Positions 19,389 to 29,515 of a stretch of 64,000 bases of DNA are shown piece after piece. The DNA is from Terriglobia bacterium (GTDB lineage: Bacteria > Acidobacteriota > Terriglobia > 20CM-2-55-15), in assembly GCA_963664115.2 (NCBI GenBank), contig CAXWPJ010000002.1:384001-448000 (forward strand), read 5' to 3'. Position 1 is the stretch's first letter. Each line of letters begins with the position of its first letter. The position numbers and the translations under genes are program-made. The notes under the pieces are model-generated. The model saw only the letters and a program-made list of their open reading frames with translations. It was not told the DNA's origin and did not search any database.

Positions 19389-20894
19389 TCAGAAGTCACA
19401 GCCGGGACCGAAGGGCTGGTCAATCGCTTCGGCAGCGGCGGTCTGGGCCCCCTGGGAATCGTCCCCTACACCGAGCGCCAACCGGTACTGCTCAAGTGCT
19501 TCTTCACGTTCGCATTGAAGATCGTGAATCCGGCCCAAATAGAGATGTGATCGCACACGCATCGATGGTTCTGTGGTTTCACTCTCCAGCGTCCGGTTGA
19601 AGTATTCGGCCGCCAAACCCGGATCCCCGGCGCGGCTGAGTATCAGGGCCATACCGTAAAGCGCCGGGCCATTGGACGGATCGAACTCGATAAGCACCCG
19701 TTCGAACCCGGCTCGGGCTGTGTCATCGTCTCCTGAATTAAACGCCACCTGTGCCTGACGGAGCACTCCCGGAATCGGGTTCACTACACGCGGCACCTCC
19801 GCCCTGAGGGTCTCTTCGACGACAAGGTCAATCGAATCGAAACGGTCTTCAAACCGTGCCGTTTCCGAATCGATATTCAGGGATTCGAGCATTTCTGGGA
19901 AAAACTCGAGGATATTGACTTCCGATGCCTCGAAGCCCAGCAGTTCTTCGTGAAAGTAAGGTACCAGCAGAAGTCCGCCCCGGTATGCCGTGTCGATCAG
20001 ACGCTCGAGATCGGACTCCGGATCGTCCATACGCAACTCCACAGATCGTATCAGCGACTCGGTGACGAGAATTTCGAAATCTTCCGCGTAATTCGGACTG
20101 ACACCGGGCTCGCCCTCAATCAGCGCAGTCAACCGTTGTTCTCGCTCCAGCTCCTCACGATTGCGAGCGACGATGGGATCCAGCAACAGGTGGAGGTATG
20201 CGTGCCGCACGTCTTCCAGGCGTACACCCGTAGAATCGCCCAGCACGATGTAGAGATTGTCGGGATAGTTCCGGACATTGACGCTGTTGATCGGTGCTGC
20301 AAGTTCGACGAAGATCACCAACTGCCTCACGCCAGGCTGACCCAGAGGCAACCTGAGATAGACATCGGCCTGAAGAATCGTTTCCCGCATGGGAGGCGCC
20401 ATTCTATCGAGCGCTTCGTCGTAGCTCGAACCCAGCGTGACCCAGAGCTGCGTGATCCGGGCAGCATCGTAAAACTCGCGAAGCAATGGCAGAAATTCCC
20501 CAAGGCCCCGGGCGTCGGGCGGAACGAATTCTTGATCGTACGCGAATTCAAGAGAGGGAGGGTCTGTCAGGTTCAGAGCGAGGGAAATGTAGCCCGCCAG
20601 TTGTGTTTCATCCAGCGCGTCGCCTTTGTGCTCGGCGTAAAATTCCCGGAGGCGGCGGACGAGGTCTGCGTCAATCCCGGAAAGGGCGTCCCGGACGCGT
20701 TGCCGAACCGGGTGGTACTGAGGAGCCAGCTCAACGTCGAAACCTGCAGCGTTCAGAGCGGCGACGACGGCGAAAACCCTCACATCCCGATCGATAATGG
20801 CGGTGACACCCTGCGCCAGGGTCGCGCCAGGGGTGAGCCCCAGCCAGAGGCAGGCGATTAACCCCAGCTGTTTACGTGACATGCAAAGCATCAT
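19389..20894 (-). CDS. Exported protein with C-terminal TPRs
   Basis: Signal peptide; TPR-like helices (ALYGMA, SHLYLGRIHDL); HAYLH motif. Confidence 0.7.
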   Translation of the reverse strand: MMLCMSRKQLGLIACLWLGLTPGATLAQGVTAIIDRDVRVFAVVAALNAAGFDVELAPQYHPVRQRVRDALSGIDADLVRRLREFYAEHKGDALDETQLAGYISLALNLTDPPSLEFAYDQEFVPPDARGLGEFLPLLREFYDAARITQLWVTLGSSYDEALDRMAPPMRETILQADVYLRLPLGQPGVRQLVIFVELAAPINSVNVRNYPDNLYIVLGDSTGVRLEDVRHAYLHLLLDPIVARNREELEREQRLTALIEGEPGVSPNYAEDFEILVTESLIRSVELRMDDPESDLERLIDTAYRGGLLLVPYFHEELLGFEASEVNILEFFPEMLESLNIDSETARFEDRFDSIDLVVEETLRAEVPRVVNPIPGVLRQAQVAFNSGDDDTARAGFERVLIEFDPSNGPALYGMALILSRAGDPGLAAEYFNRTLESETTEPSMRVRSHLYLGRIHDLQCEREEALEQYRLALGVGDDSQGAQTAAAEAIDQPFGPGCDF

Positions 20895-20923
20895 AGCATG
20901 AGCAGTTCGAGGAGATAACCGGG

Positions 20924-21784
20924 ATGGACTTTGGTATTTCGACCTACGGTCTGGGCAACGAGGAAATCTCTCCAGACCTGCTCGATCGCTTGCACGACGC
21001 CGGATTCACACAGATCGAAATGTTCGCCAACCGCCCGCACTGGGACTACCACGACCGCAGCCTCGGTAAGAATCTTGCGCGCTGGTTCCAGGCCAACGAC
21101 GTCGCACCGCCATTTCTCCATCTTCCGTTCTTTGAACAGAAAGGCCGGGGCGATGTCCGGTGGATTTCAGCCCTGTCAGACAATGAACGGGACCGCGAAC
21201 GGGCCATCGACGAAATCAAACGTGCACTCGAATTCACAGACCTTCAGCCTGTCGCTCATGTGGTGGCGCATCTCGGTTCACCCAAACAGAGGTTCAGTCC
21301 ACTTCAGTTCGAGCACGCCTACTCTCTCATGCGTCATATTTCGGAATTCGCAGGCGTGGATATCTTGATCGAAAATATCGGGAACGAAATATCCACTGTG
21401 GAGCGGCTCCGGGAGTTCCTGACGCTCGCCCAGCTACCGGATATTCGGATCTGCTACGATACCGGCCATGGAGTGTTGCAGGGTCCGCTTCCTCGACTGG
21501 CCGGCGTCGGTGCGATTCACCTCAGCGACAATAATGGCGACAGCGACGACCACCTGTGGCCATTTGAAGGGAAATTAAACTGGCCTGAGTTTGTAGCAGA
21601 GCTCGTAAGGTCAGGCTTCGAAGGTCCCATGGTTTTCGAGCCGTCAAGCCCACCAGATCTTGAGCCCAGTCAGGCGGCCGCGAGGCGTCTCGAGGATTTG
21701 ATCGCAGAGGCACGCTCCTCATCCATCGAATTCGCGGAGAAATATGGGATGGAGTCAAAAGACGATGACAACGATCTACATTGA
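20924..21784 (+). CDS. Sugar-phosphate isomerase/epimerase (xylose isomerase-like TIM barrel)
   Basis: LHLP, LIEN, CYDTGH, IHLSDN..DDH..PFEG, MVFE. Confidence 0.85.
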   Translation: MDFGISTYGLGNEEISPDLLDRLHDAGFTQIEMFANRPHWDYHDRSLGKNLARWFQANDVAPPFLHLPFFEQKGRGDVRWISALSDNERDRERAIDEIKRALEFTDLQPVAHVVAHLGSPKQRFSPLQFEHAYSLMRHISEFAGVDILIENIGNEISTVERLREFLTLAQLPDIRICYDTGHGVLQGPLPRLAGVGAIHLSDNNGDSDDHLWPFEGKLNWPEFVAELVRSGFEGPMVFEPSSPPDLEPSQAAARRLEDLIAEARSSSIEFAEKYGMESKDDDNDLH

Positions 21785-23066
21785 GGACATCGCCAGCCAC
21801 GTCGGCGAAGAAGTGACCGTCCGCGGCTGGCTCCACAACAAACGCTCCAGTGGAAAATTACGTTTTCTTATTGTGCGCGACGGCACCGGCTATCTCCAGG
21901 CCGTCGTCTTCAAGAAAGCAGTATCTGAGGAGACGTTCCAAACAGCGAGCGATCTGACACATGAGTCTTCGTTCACCGTTACAGGTACGGTGCGGGCAGA
22001 TGAACGCGCGCCCGGGGGTCACGAAATGGACGTCACATCGATCCAAGCCTTCCAGATTGTGGGAGCCGAGGAAGAATTCCCGATTTCGCCCAAAGAACAT
22101 GGAATCGAATTCCTGATGGACCATCGGCATCTGTGGATTCGTTCGCGCCGCCAACGTGCCATTCTCAAGATCCGCCACGAAATTATCCGGGCCGCTCGGG
22201 ACTTCCTCGACAACGACGGGTTCACACTCTGTGACACCCCCATTCTGACACCGGCCGCATGCGAAGGAACCACGACACTGTTCGAGGTGGACTACTTTGA
22301 AGAACACGCCTTTCTCGCCCAGTCGGGACAACTCTACGGCGAAGCTACAGCGGCGGCCCTGGGAAAGGTCTACAATTTCGGGCCGACCTTCAGGGCAGAG
22401 AAATCAAAAACGAGGAGGCATCTGACGGAATTCTGGATGGTGGAACCCGAAGTGGCCTACGCCACACTGGACGACGTGATGGACCTCTCCGAGCGGTTCA
22501 TAAGCCACATTGTCGAACGCGTTCTCGAAAGTCGGGGAGATGAATTGAACGACCTGGAACGCGATGTATCCGCTCTCGAAAAGATCGCCCCTCCATTTCC
22601 CCGCACTACCTACGACGAAGCTGTTGAAATTCTTCAGCAGAATGGTTCGGAAATTCAATGGGGAAGCGACTTCGGTGGCGGTGACGAAACGATTCTGTCC
22701 GAACATTTCGACAAACCTGTCGTCATCCACAGGTACCCGTCCGCAATCAAGGCGTTCTACATGGAGCCGGATCCAGACCGGCCCGAACTCGCACTGTGTG
22801 TGGACGTACTCGCGCCCGAAGGTTACGGAGAAATCATTGGCGGTGGCCAACGCATAGCCAGCCATGAACTCCTTCTCGAACGTCTTGAGGCGCACGAGCT
22901 TCCTCGGGAAGCTTTCGAGTGGTATCTGGAACTCAGGAAGTTCGGATCCGTTCCTCATTCGGGATTCGGCATGGGCATCGAACGCGTAGTCGCGTGGATC
23001 TGCCACCTGGATCACGTTCGGGAAACCATTCCGTTTCCCCGGATGTTGTATCGGCTGAGTCCGTAG
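21765..23066 (+). CDS. asnS: Asparagine--tRNA ligase
   Basis: [47 protein letters not shown]. Confidence 0.97.
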   Translation: MTTIYIEDIASHVGEEVTVRGWLHNKRSSGKLRFLIVRDGTGYLQAVVFKKAVSEETFQTASDLTHESSFTVTGTVRADERAPGGHEMDVTSIQAFQIVGAEEEFPISPKEHGIEFLMDHRHLWIRSRRQRAILKIRHEIIRAARDFLDNDGFTLCDTPILTPAACEGTTTLFEVDYFEEHAFLAQSGQLYGEATAAALGKVYNFGPTFRAEKSKTRRHLTEFWMVEPEVAYATLDDVMDLSERFISHIVERVLESRGDELNDLERDVSALEKIAPPFPRTTYDEAVEILQQNGSEIQWGSDFGGGDETILSEHFDKPVVIHRYPSAIKAFYMEPDPDRPELALCVDVLAPEGYGEIIGGGQRIASHELLLERLEAHELPREAFEWYLELRKFGSVPHSGFGMGIERVVAWICHLDHVRETIPFPRMLYRLSP

Positions 23067-23383
23067 CGTCCGCGGTTAGAAGTTGGGGATATAAGATTTC
23101 GCTCGGTCGTTCAATCGGCCGACCGTCTCTGTCGCGTCAAGCGCGTTGGGCCGAACGACCAGCGACCCTCTCCATCATCCTGATGGAGAGGCTTATAGGG
23201 GACTAAGAAATGTTGATGCAGTTCTTTAAACAAACCCGCAGCGTTCCTCGCTGCGGGTGAACCCAGAGGCGGAGCCGGAGAATTCCAGAAAAAGCTGCGC
23301 AGCCGAGGCGTTCAGCGTAATAAGATTATCGGATCGGACACGGATGAAACTGCAGGACACTGGACTTCTGATCCAGGACACTA
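23064..23383. mobile_element. Non-coding ~320-bp MITE-like element, copy A
   Basis: Imperfect terminal inverted repeats (TAGCGTCCGCGGTTAGAAGT vs reverse complement TAGTGTCCTGGATCAGAAGT, 15/20), TA at both ends, no long ORF, homologous copy at ~49841-50141. Confidence 0.7.
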
Positions 23384-24534
23384 GTGGTCCCCGTTAAACA
23401 GACTGTAACTTATCAAGATTTCGCCGGCCGCGCTGGACTTTAGCAAGGATGTCGGAAGCCGTTGCAGTCCAGATGAAGGGTTTCGGGTCTTCATTGTGAC
23501 GAGCGAGGTAGTCCTCCACGGCCTGGATCAACTCGGGGACCGAGCGGAAAACGCCACGCCGGAGTCGTTGCTCGGACAGATCCCGGAAAAAGCGCTCGAC
23601 CATGTTGAGCCACGACGCACTGGTTGGCGTGAAGTGCACATGAAAACGCTTGTTACGCTTGAGCCAGTTGACGACTTTCTGATGTTTGTGAGTCGCATAG
23701 TTGTCGCAAATAATGTGGATCTCCTTATCTTTCGGCATGGCGCGTTTGATCTGATTCAGAAACCGGATCCATTCCTGATGGCGATGCTTTGGCATGCAGG
23801 TTCCGATGACCGAACCGTCCAGGATGTTGAGCGCGGCGAAAAGCGTGGTTGTCCCGTTACGTTTGTAATCGTGGGTCATGGTGCCACACCGCCCCTTCTT
23901 CAGAGGTAACCCGGGTTGCGTGCGGTCCAGGGCCTGCATCTGGCTCTTCTCATCGCAGGACAAGACAATGGCGTTTTCCGGTGGGCTCAGATACAGACCG
24001 ACCACATCCTCCAGCTTTTCGGCGAATCGTTTGTCGTTGGATAGTTTGAAGGTTCGTGACAGATGAGGCTTCAGTCCATGGACCCGCCAGATTTTCCCGA
24101 CCGTGGACTCGCTCACGCCAACGGCCTTCGCCATCGAGGCCCGACTCCAGTGCGTCGCGTTCGGGGGCTTCTCTTCCAGTGTCTTCTTGACGATCCGGGC
24201 TCGCTTCCGGCGACTGATCGTGGGAATCCGTCCGCTTCGCGGCGCATCCTTTTCGATCCCAGCCAAGCCCTGTTCCACAAAACGATTGCGCCAGCGGCCC
24301 GCTTTCTGGCGCGTGATCTCCAAGCGGGCGGCGATCTCATAATTGTTCCGACCTTCAGCGGCCAGTAATACAATTCGGGATCGTTCCGCCAACCGGACCG
24401 ATGTACTCCGGCTTCGACTCAGTCGCTCCAACTCCATCCGCTGCTTGTCATCCAATTCAATGGTCGGTGCTTTCCTCATTCTCTATTGGACGTTGGAAAG
24501 CTATTTTAGTTACATTACTTCGAGCGGGGTACAC
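23384..24534 (-). mobile_element. IS630-family insertion sequence
   Basis: TA on both flanks (23382-23383, 24535-24536); imperfect IRs GTGGTCCCCGTT / GTGTACCCCGCT; encloses the transposase. Confidence 0.9.
23394..24479 (-). CDS. IS630-family transposase
   Basis: HTH N-terminus; CDEKSQ, ICDNYATHK, FTPTSASWLNMVERFF (DDE). Confidence 0.95.
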   Translation of the reverse strand: MRKAPTIELDDKQRMELERLSRSRSTSVRLAERSRIVLLAAEGRNNYEIAARLEITRQKAGRWRNRFVEQGLAGIEKDAPRSGRIPTISRRKRARIVKKTLEEKPPNATHWSRASMAKAVGVSESTVGKIWRVHGLKPHLSRTFKLSNDKRFAEKLEDVVGLYLSPPENAIVLSCDEKSQMQALDRTQPGLPLKKGRCGTMTHDYKRNGTTTLFAALNILDGSVIGTCMPKHRHQEWIRFLNQIKRAMPKDKEIHIICDNYATHKHQKVVNWLKRNKRFHVHFTPTSASWLNMVERFFRDLSEQRLRRGVFRSVPELIQAVEDYLARHNEDPKPFIWTATASDILAKVQRGRRNLDKLQSV

Positions 24535-25160
24535 TAGGAGCTGACGTCTCTGTCTCCACGCGACAAGCGCACCAACTCTCCGTAGATGTCTTCGACACGC
24601 CGCCGCGTGTCTTCGGCCGCACCAGAATTGTCTACGACGAAATCGGCGTGTCCAGCCTTCTCGACCAGGGGCATCTGCGATTCAATCCGGGCTTCGATAG
24701 CATCCAGCGTCAAACCCGACCGTCGCTCCAAACGACTGCGCTGCTGTTCGGGCCGGCACGTAACGACGACAAGCCTGTCGTATCTCTTGTAACTTCCCGT
24801 CTCCACCATCAGCGCAGCATCCACTATTGCGATCGCGTCGGGGTCTTCCCGCCTGACATTCTCCAAAAATGCGTCCTGGCGTTCCTTGATCGCAGGGTGC
24901 ACGAGAGAATTCAACTTCTCTCTTTTGGAGGGTTCACTGAAAACGATTGCGGACAGTCTGCGGCGATCAATCCATCCCGAGTCGTGGACGATTGCAGCAC
25001 CAAACTCCCGCACGACTGCTTCATGGACTTGCTGGCCGGGCTCAAACAGTTGGCGGGTAATCTGATCCGAGTCGATCAAGCGGCAACCCAGGGCCACGAA
25101 CATCTCACCCACCGTCGTCTTGCCGCAGCCGATCCCTCCGGTGAGACCGACCGTCAACAC
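24534..25160 (-). CDS. coaE: Dephospho-CoA kinase
   Basis: GLTGGIGCGKT, IDSD, IDRRRL, LVHP, RIESQMP, VDNSG. Confidence 0.96.
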   Translation of the reverse strand: MLTVGLTGGIGCGKTTVGEMFVALGCRLIDSDQITRQLFEPGQQVHEAVVREFGAAIVHDSGWIDRRRLSAIVFSEPSKREKLNSLVHPAIKERQDAFLENVRREDPDAIAIVDAALMVETGSYKRYDRLVVVTCRPEQQRSRLERRSGLTLDAIEARIESQMPLVEKAGHADFVVDNSGAAEDTRRRVEDIYGELVRLSRGDRDVSS

Positions 25161-26080
25161 TAGAGACCTCTCCGCAGGCGGGCTCCGGTAATGGTGTTCT
25201 TCATCAACATCGCGATCGTCATGGGTCCGACGCCTCCAGGAACAGGGGACAACTTGGACGCAATCTGCAGCGCCTCCTGTTCATGAACGTCACCAGCCCA
25301 GATGTAACCTCTCTTGTCAAATTGTTCCAGCCGTGGCGATCGGTCCCCGAACAATCGCTGGACCTCGGCCCGATCAGTAACCTGATTCGTGCCAACGTCG
25401 ACAACCACAGCTCCCGGCTTTATGAATTCGCCATCCACCATCGCAAGGCGGCCAATGGCGGCCACGATGATGTCCGCTTCTTTGCTGACCGAAGCGAGGT
25501 CACGGGTTCGCGAGTGACAAATCGTAACCGTCGCATGCCTGTGCATCAGGAGCATCGCCATCGGTTTGCCCACGTCATCGCTACGCCCCAGCACAGCCGC
25601 GCGGGCGCCTTCAATCTTAACGCCAGATCGAATGAGCATTTCCAAAACCCCGAGAGGCGTACAGGCCACCAGCGTTTCGTGCCCGAGAACAAGCGATCCG
25701 ATATTCGAAGAATGAAAACCGTCGACATCTTTGAGCGGGTCCACGGCCTCGAGAACTCTGTGCTTATCGATGTGTTTCGGCAGGGGCAGCTGAACGAGAA
25801 TACCGTCGATGGAATCATCCTCGTTCAGTTCGTGGACGCGGGCAAGCAGTGCAGATTCCTCGACGTCTTCTGATAGAACCAGCTTCTTGCTCGTCATACC
25901 CAATCGCTCGCACATTCGCGCCTTCATACCCACGTAAGATGCTGAAGCTGGATCCTCACCGACGAGAACGACAGCCAGACCCGGGGTGATTCCCTTCTCC
26001 TTCAAAGACGCGACTTCGAGTCCAACCTCAGCCTGAACCTCCTTCGCGATCTGCGTTCCGTTAATTAAAGTTGCTGTCAT
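25160..26080 (-). CDS. folD: Methylenetetrahydrofolate dehydrogenase/cyclohydrolase
   Basis: SYVGMK, GILVQLPLP, KDVDGFH, PVPGGVGPMT. Confidence 0.97.
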   Translation of the reverse strand: MTATLINGTQIAKEVQAEVGLEVASLKEKGITPGLAVVLVGEDPASASYVGMKARMCERLGMTSKKLVLSEDVEESALLARVHELNEDDSIDGILVQLPLPKHIDKHRVLEAVDPLKDVDGFHSSNIGSLVLGHETLVACTPLGVLEMLIRSGVKIEGARAAVLGRSDDVGKPMAMLLMHRHATVTICHSRTRDLASVSKEADIIVAAIGRLAMVDGEFIKPGAVVVDVGTNQVTDRAEVQRLFGDRSPRLEQFDKRGYIWAGDVHEQEALQIASKLSPVPGGVGPMTIAMLMKNTITGARLRRGL

Positions 26081-26150
26081 ATTCAGGACTCTCTCTATAA
26101 AATAGGTCTCATAATACACCGATTCACCTGGACCAAACGGACTCTACAAA

Positions 26151-28256
26151 TTGACAATGTCTACCATTCTTACCCTCCTGATTGCGATTACACTCCCAAC
26201 CGGCACGGTCGAGCGGGCATTCGATTTTTTCGAACGCGGAGACTACCGTGCCTCTGCCCAATTGCTGGATCAGGCCGCAGCTATTGATCCGGAAGAGTTC
26301 GGTCTCAACAACCTGCACTACCTGCGCGGACGCATCGCTGAAGAACGGGGCGACTGGGCACGGGCCAGAATCGAATTCGACCTGGTGAGAGAGGCCAGCG
26401 TCCTACACAGTCTTGTGCTGTGGCACCAGGTGAGGGTTGCACTCAAAGACGGGCGCAACGAAGACGCGCTGCGGCTCCTCGACATACTGGGACCCGGATT
26501 CCCGGACGCGCTGCGGCTCGAGCTGGCCGAGGACGCGCCCGAAGACGTGGCACTCAGCATTTACCGGACGATGTCCAACCGCGAATCCCGATGGATGCAG
26601 TCGTCGATTCTGGACGACGAGGCTGCGATGTGGCAGCTCCTGACGCGGAGTCGGGGTGACGAGTTCGCGCTCGGAGCCGCGCGCAGACTGGACGGACGGA
26701 GCGCGACCCGAGCCCAGAGCCTCCGACTGGCTAAGACTTTCCATGCTCACCGTATCTTCGGTCGCGCCGAGGCCATTTACTCGGCTCTGCTCGAAGACCG
26801 CACCGAGATAGGAGCGGAGGCGCACTACGAACTGGGGCGTACTTACTTTCAGCGAGGCCGGTACGACGACGCCGTATCTGTATACCGTGCCACGGTTGAA
26901 AGATTTCCCGATACGGATTGGGCACGGAACGCGGATAAGCAGATTCCACCCACGTACTGGCGGAAGCTTGACTATCCGAACGCCATCGCGGCTTACGAAA
27001 CGTTGATCGAGAAATACGACGAGCCGGAGTTGTATTACTCAGCAGTCCGCGACATGGTCGACATCTATCGCTCTATGGGCGACTTCGATGAAGCCCATCG
27101 AAGGATCGAGCAGGCGCTCCGCTCGAATCCTAATAGCAGGAACCGGGCGGTTCTTACCTTCACACGAGCAAAGATCCACTACGGCGAAGGGCAGTTCCGG
27201 GAGGCCCTCGAGCTGTTTCAGCAACTCCGCACGATGCAGACTGGACGCGCCCCTAACGGCACCGATCAAACCGAAACGCTTTTCTTTGAAGCGGCCAGCC
27301 TGGAACGATTGGGACGCATCGACGAGGCCGCCCGCATCTGGACAGAGCTTTCAGACAATCCGTTCAGCTACTACGGACTCCGTGCCATCGAAAACATCCG
27401 CGACGAATCCATTCCCGCAGCCACACTCGGGCAAACCGTCCTGCGAACGATGCACGAACCCGTAATCGACGTTTGCAGCGACAGCTCAAATCCAGATGTG
27501 ATCGCATTCCTTCGTGAACGACGGCTCTCCAGGACACGTGGATTCCTCGCCACCGGGTCGGTAGAAACGGACATGGTGGGTGAACTAGTCTTTCTGCGGC
27601 AGTGGGACGAGGCGTTCTTCTGGGCGAATCGTGCCGCATCCAGATGGAGAGACCAGGCGCTGGCGGACCTGGCGTATCTGGCTTCTGATTTCAGGCGATC
27701 GATGTTGTACGCCGACCGCCTGAGACCACCCAACGACACGCAGTTCTTCTCTCTGGATTCGGACTATTCAACGGAATCGCGGGTCCTGATGGGCATGCTC
27801 TATCCCACCGCTTTCAGCGACGTCGTTTGCCGCGAAGCGCAGGCTGCAGGGGTCAATCCGCTATGGCTCTACGCGATCATATGGCAGGAAAGCCGTTACG
27901 ACCCCGATGCCCGTTCAGGCGCTTCGGCTCGCGGACTGATGCAGTTCATTCCTGAAACCGCTACTCGCATAGCCCAGAAAATCGGATTGGTAGCATTCCA
28001 GCTCGATGATCTTTACCAGCCCGAAATCAGCATCCGGCTCGGTGCGCATTACTGGGCCGAACTGATGGACACACTCGGGGATCCCGAACTCGCTCTTGCC
28101 GCGTACAACGGTGGCGAGAGGAACGTCGAACGCTGGAGGGCCAAGTCGAATCTGAGGGATATGGAAAGTTTCGTATCCGACATCGGTTTTGTTCAAACCA
28201 AAGCCTATGTTCGAGAAATCTTCGCACTCTACGCAAAGTACGCCCACCTTCTGTAA
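26151..28256 (+). CDS. Soluble lytic transglycosylase with TPR scaffold
   Basis: TPRs, then IIWQES (catalytic Glu), GLMQ and AAYNGG. Confidence 0.9.
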   Translation: MTMSTILTLLIAITLPTGTVERAFDFFERGDYRASAQLLDQAAAIDPEEFGLNNLHYLRGRIAEERGDWARARIEFDLVREASVLHSLVLWHQVRVALKDGRNEDALRLLDILGPGFPDALRLELAEDAPEDVALSIYRTMSNRESRWMQSSILDDEAAMWQLLTRSRGDEFALGAARRLDGRSATRAQSLRLAKTFHAHRIFGRAEAIYSALLEDRTEIGAEAHYELGRTYFQRGRYDDAVSVYRATVERFPDTDWARNADKQIPPTYWRKLDYPNAIAAYETLIEKYDEPELYYSAVRDMVDIYRSMGDFDEAHRRIEQALRSNPNSRNRAVLTFTRAKIHYGEGQFREALELFQQLRTMQTGRAPNGTDQTETLFFEAASLERLGRIDEAARIWTELSDNPFSYYGLRAIENIRDESIPAATLGQTVLRTMHEPVIDVCSDSSNPDVIAFLRERRLSRTRGFLATGSVETDMVGELVFLRQWDEAFFWANRAASRWRDQALADLAYLASDFRRSMLYADRLRPPNDTQFFSLDSDYSTESRVLMGMLYPTAFSDVVCREAQAAGVNPLWLYAIIWQESRYDPDARSGASARGLMQFIPETATRIAQKIGLVAFQLDDLYQPEISIRLGAHYWAELMDTLGDPELALAAYNGGERNVERWRAKSNLRDMESFVSDIGFVQTKAYVREIFALYAKYAHLL

Positions 28257-28351
28257 GATTTTGATGATTATTTGAACCCGACATCCAGGTCAACCGTCTA
28301 ACTGATAGGAGAATGATCGGCGCCCGAAGGGCCCGAATATCCAACCGAACT

Positions 28352-29424
28352 ATGAAGCGCGAGAATCTGATTTTCAGGATGGTATTTCTTGTCATCATCG
28401 TGCTTTCGATCTTGATCGTCTGGCCCTTCGTAACCTACATCGTCCTAGCAGGGGTCCTCACCTATACGCTGTTTCCTGTGTACGCCTTTGTTCGCCGGAA
28501 AACCGGTCAGCCGCGCGTCAGCTCCGCGATCTCGATTCTCATTGCCCTGCTCCTGCTCGTCTTACCATCGTTTCTGATTGCTCAAAGATTGGCTCAGGAA
28601 GTGTCGGGCGCCTTCACAACATTCGAGCTTGCGAACGTGCAGCGCCTTGGGGACTATCTGAGCGGTGTCACAGGCAACCAGTTTGATTTTCAGGAGATGC
28701 TGGGCTCTGCCTTTTCGCAGGTGGAGGAATCCATCGTCGGGCTCGCTCCCGACATCCTTGGCTCACTGACCGAACTGCTGCTCGGCCTGTTCATCATGTT
28801 CTTCGTGATGTACTACGCCTTCCGCGATGGCGAAAGCTTCATAGGCCACGTGAAGCAGATACTGCCGCTCGAACCGGCCCTAAAGGAAAAGTTGTTCATG
28901 GAAGTCCGCAACGTGACGCAGGGTGTGCTCTATGGGCAGGTGATGACCGCAGTGATTCAGGGCTCGGTGGCTACATTGGGTTTGGTCATGTTCGGAGTCG
29001 GAAACTGGGTGTTCTGGGGTGCAATCATGCTCATCCTCGCTTTCCTTCCGGTGTTCGGCACACCCCTGATATGGGTCCCGGCTGCCGTGGACAAGATTCT
29101 AGCCAGCGAAACCTTTGGAGGCATCGGATTGTTGCTCTACGGCATTCTGATCGTAACCAACATCGACAACCTGGTGCGGCCCAGCTGGTCAGCGAGCGAT
29201 CGAAAGTCCATCCTGTCCTTGTCATGGTCGGCGTCCTGGGCGGCTTGAAAATGGTGGGCTTCAGCGGAATGCTCGTCGGACCCCTGATCCCCGCCTTACT
29301 GGTGGCGCTGATCCATTTCTGGGAAGAGGTCTACATAAAGAAAGATGACGGCCCCTCAACCTACGCCTGTCGATTAAACGAAGAGCTCTTTTCGCGAAAA
29401 ACTGTTTACAGTCCGTGCTTCTGA
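28352..29424 (+). pseudogene. AI-2E (PerM-like) transporter, frameshifted near 29183
   Basis: Frame 1 runs to IDNLVRP; the family continuation LVSERSKVHPVLV..GVLGG..GF.G..VGP lies in another frame. Confidence 0.8.
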
Positions 29425-29452
29425 TGGTTTGTAGCGACACCCGGAAATGAAA

Positions 29453-29480
29453 AGAGGCCGGAGATAAATCTCCGGCCTCT
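29453..29480. terminator. Likely bidirectional terminator hairpin
   Basis: Perfect 12-bp stem AGAGGCCGGAGA-taaa-TCTCCGGCCTCT between convergent genes, with an A-run on the left. Confidence 0.7.
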
Positions 29481-29515
29481 CTGATTTGAATCCTGCCGAC
29501 CGTTGTGGTCGCGAA

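Noticed and set aside
23166-23192. CTGATGG in a hairpin as a possible hammerhead core
   Set aside because: Does not match CUGANGA, lies inside a perfect stem and differs in copy B
23336-23384. Three GGACAC motifs at ~20-bp spacing, suggesting a mini-CRISPR or stacked IS ends
   Set aside because: The repeat is only 6 bp, no cas genes are present, and the segment aligns with copy B as part of the larger element
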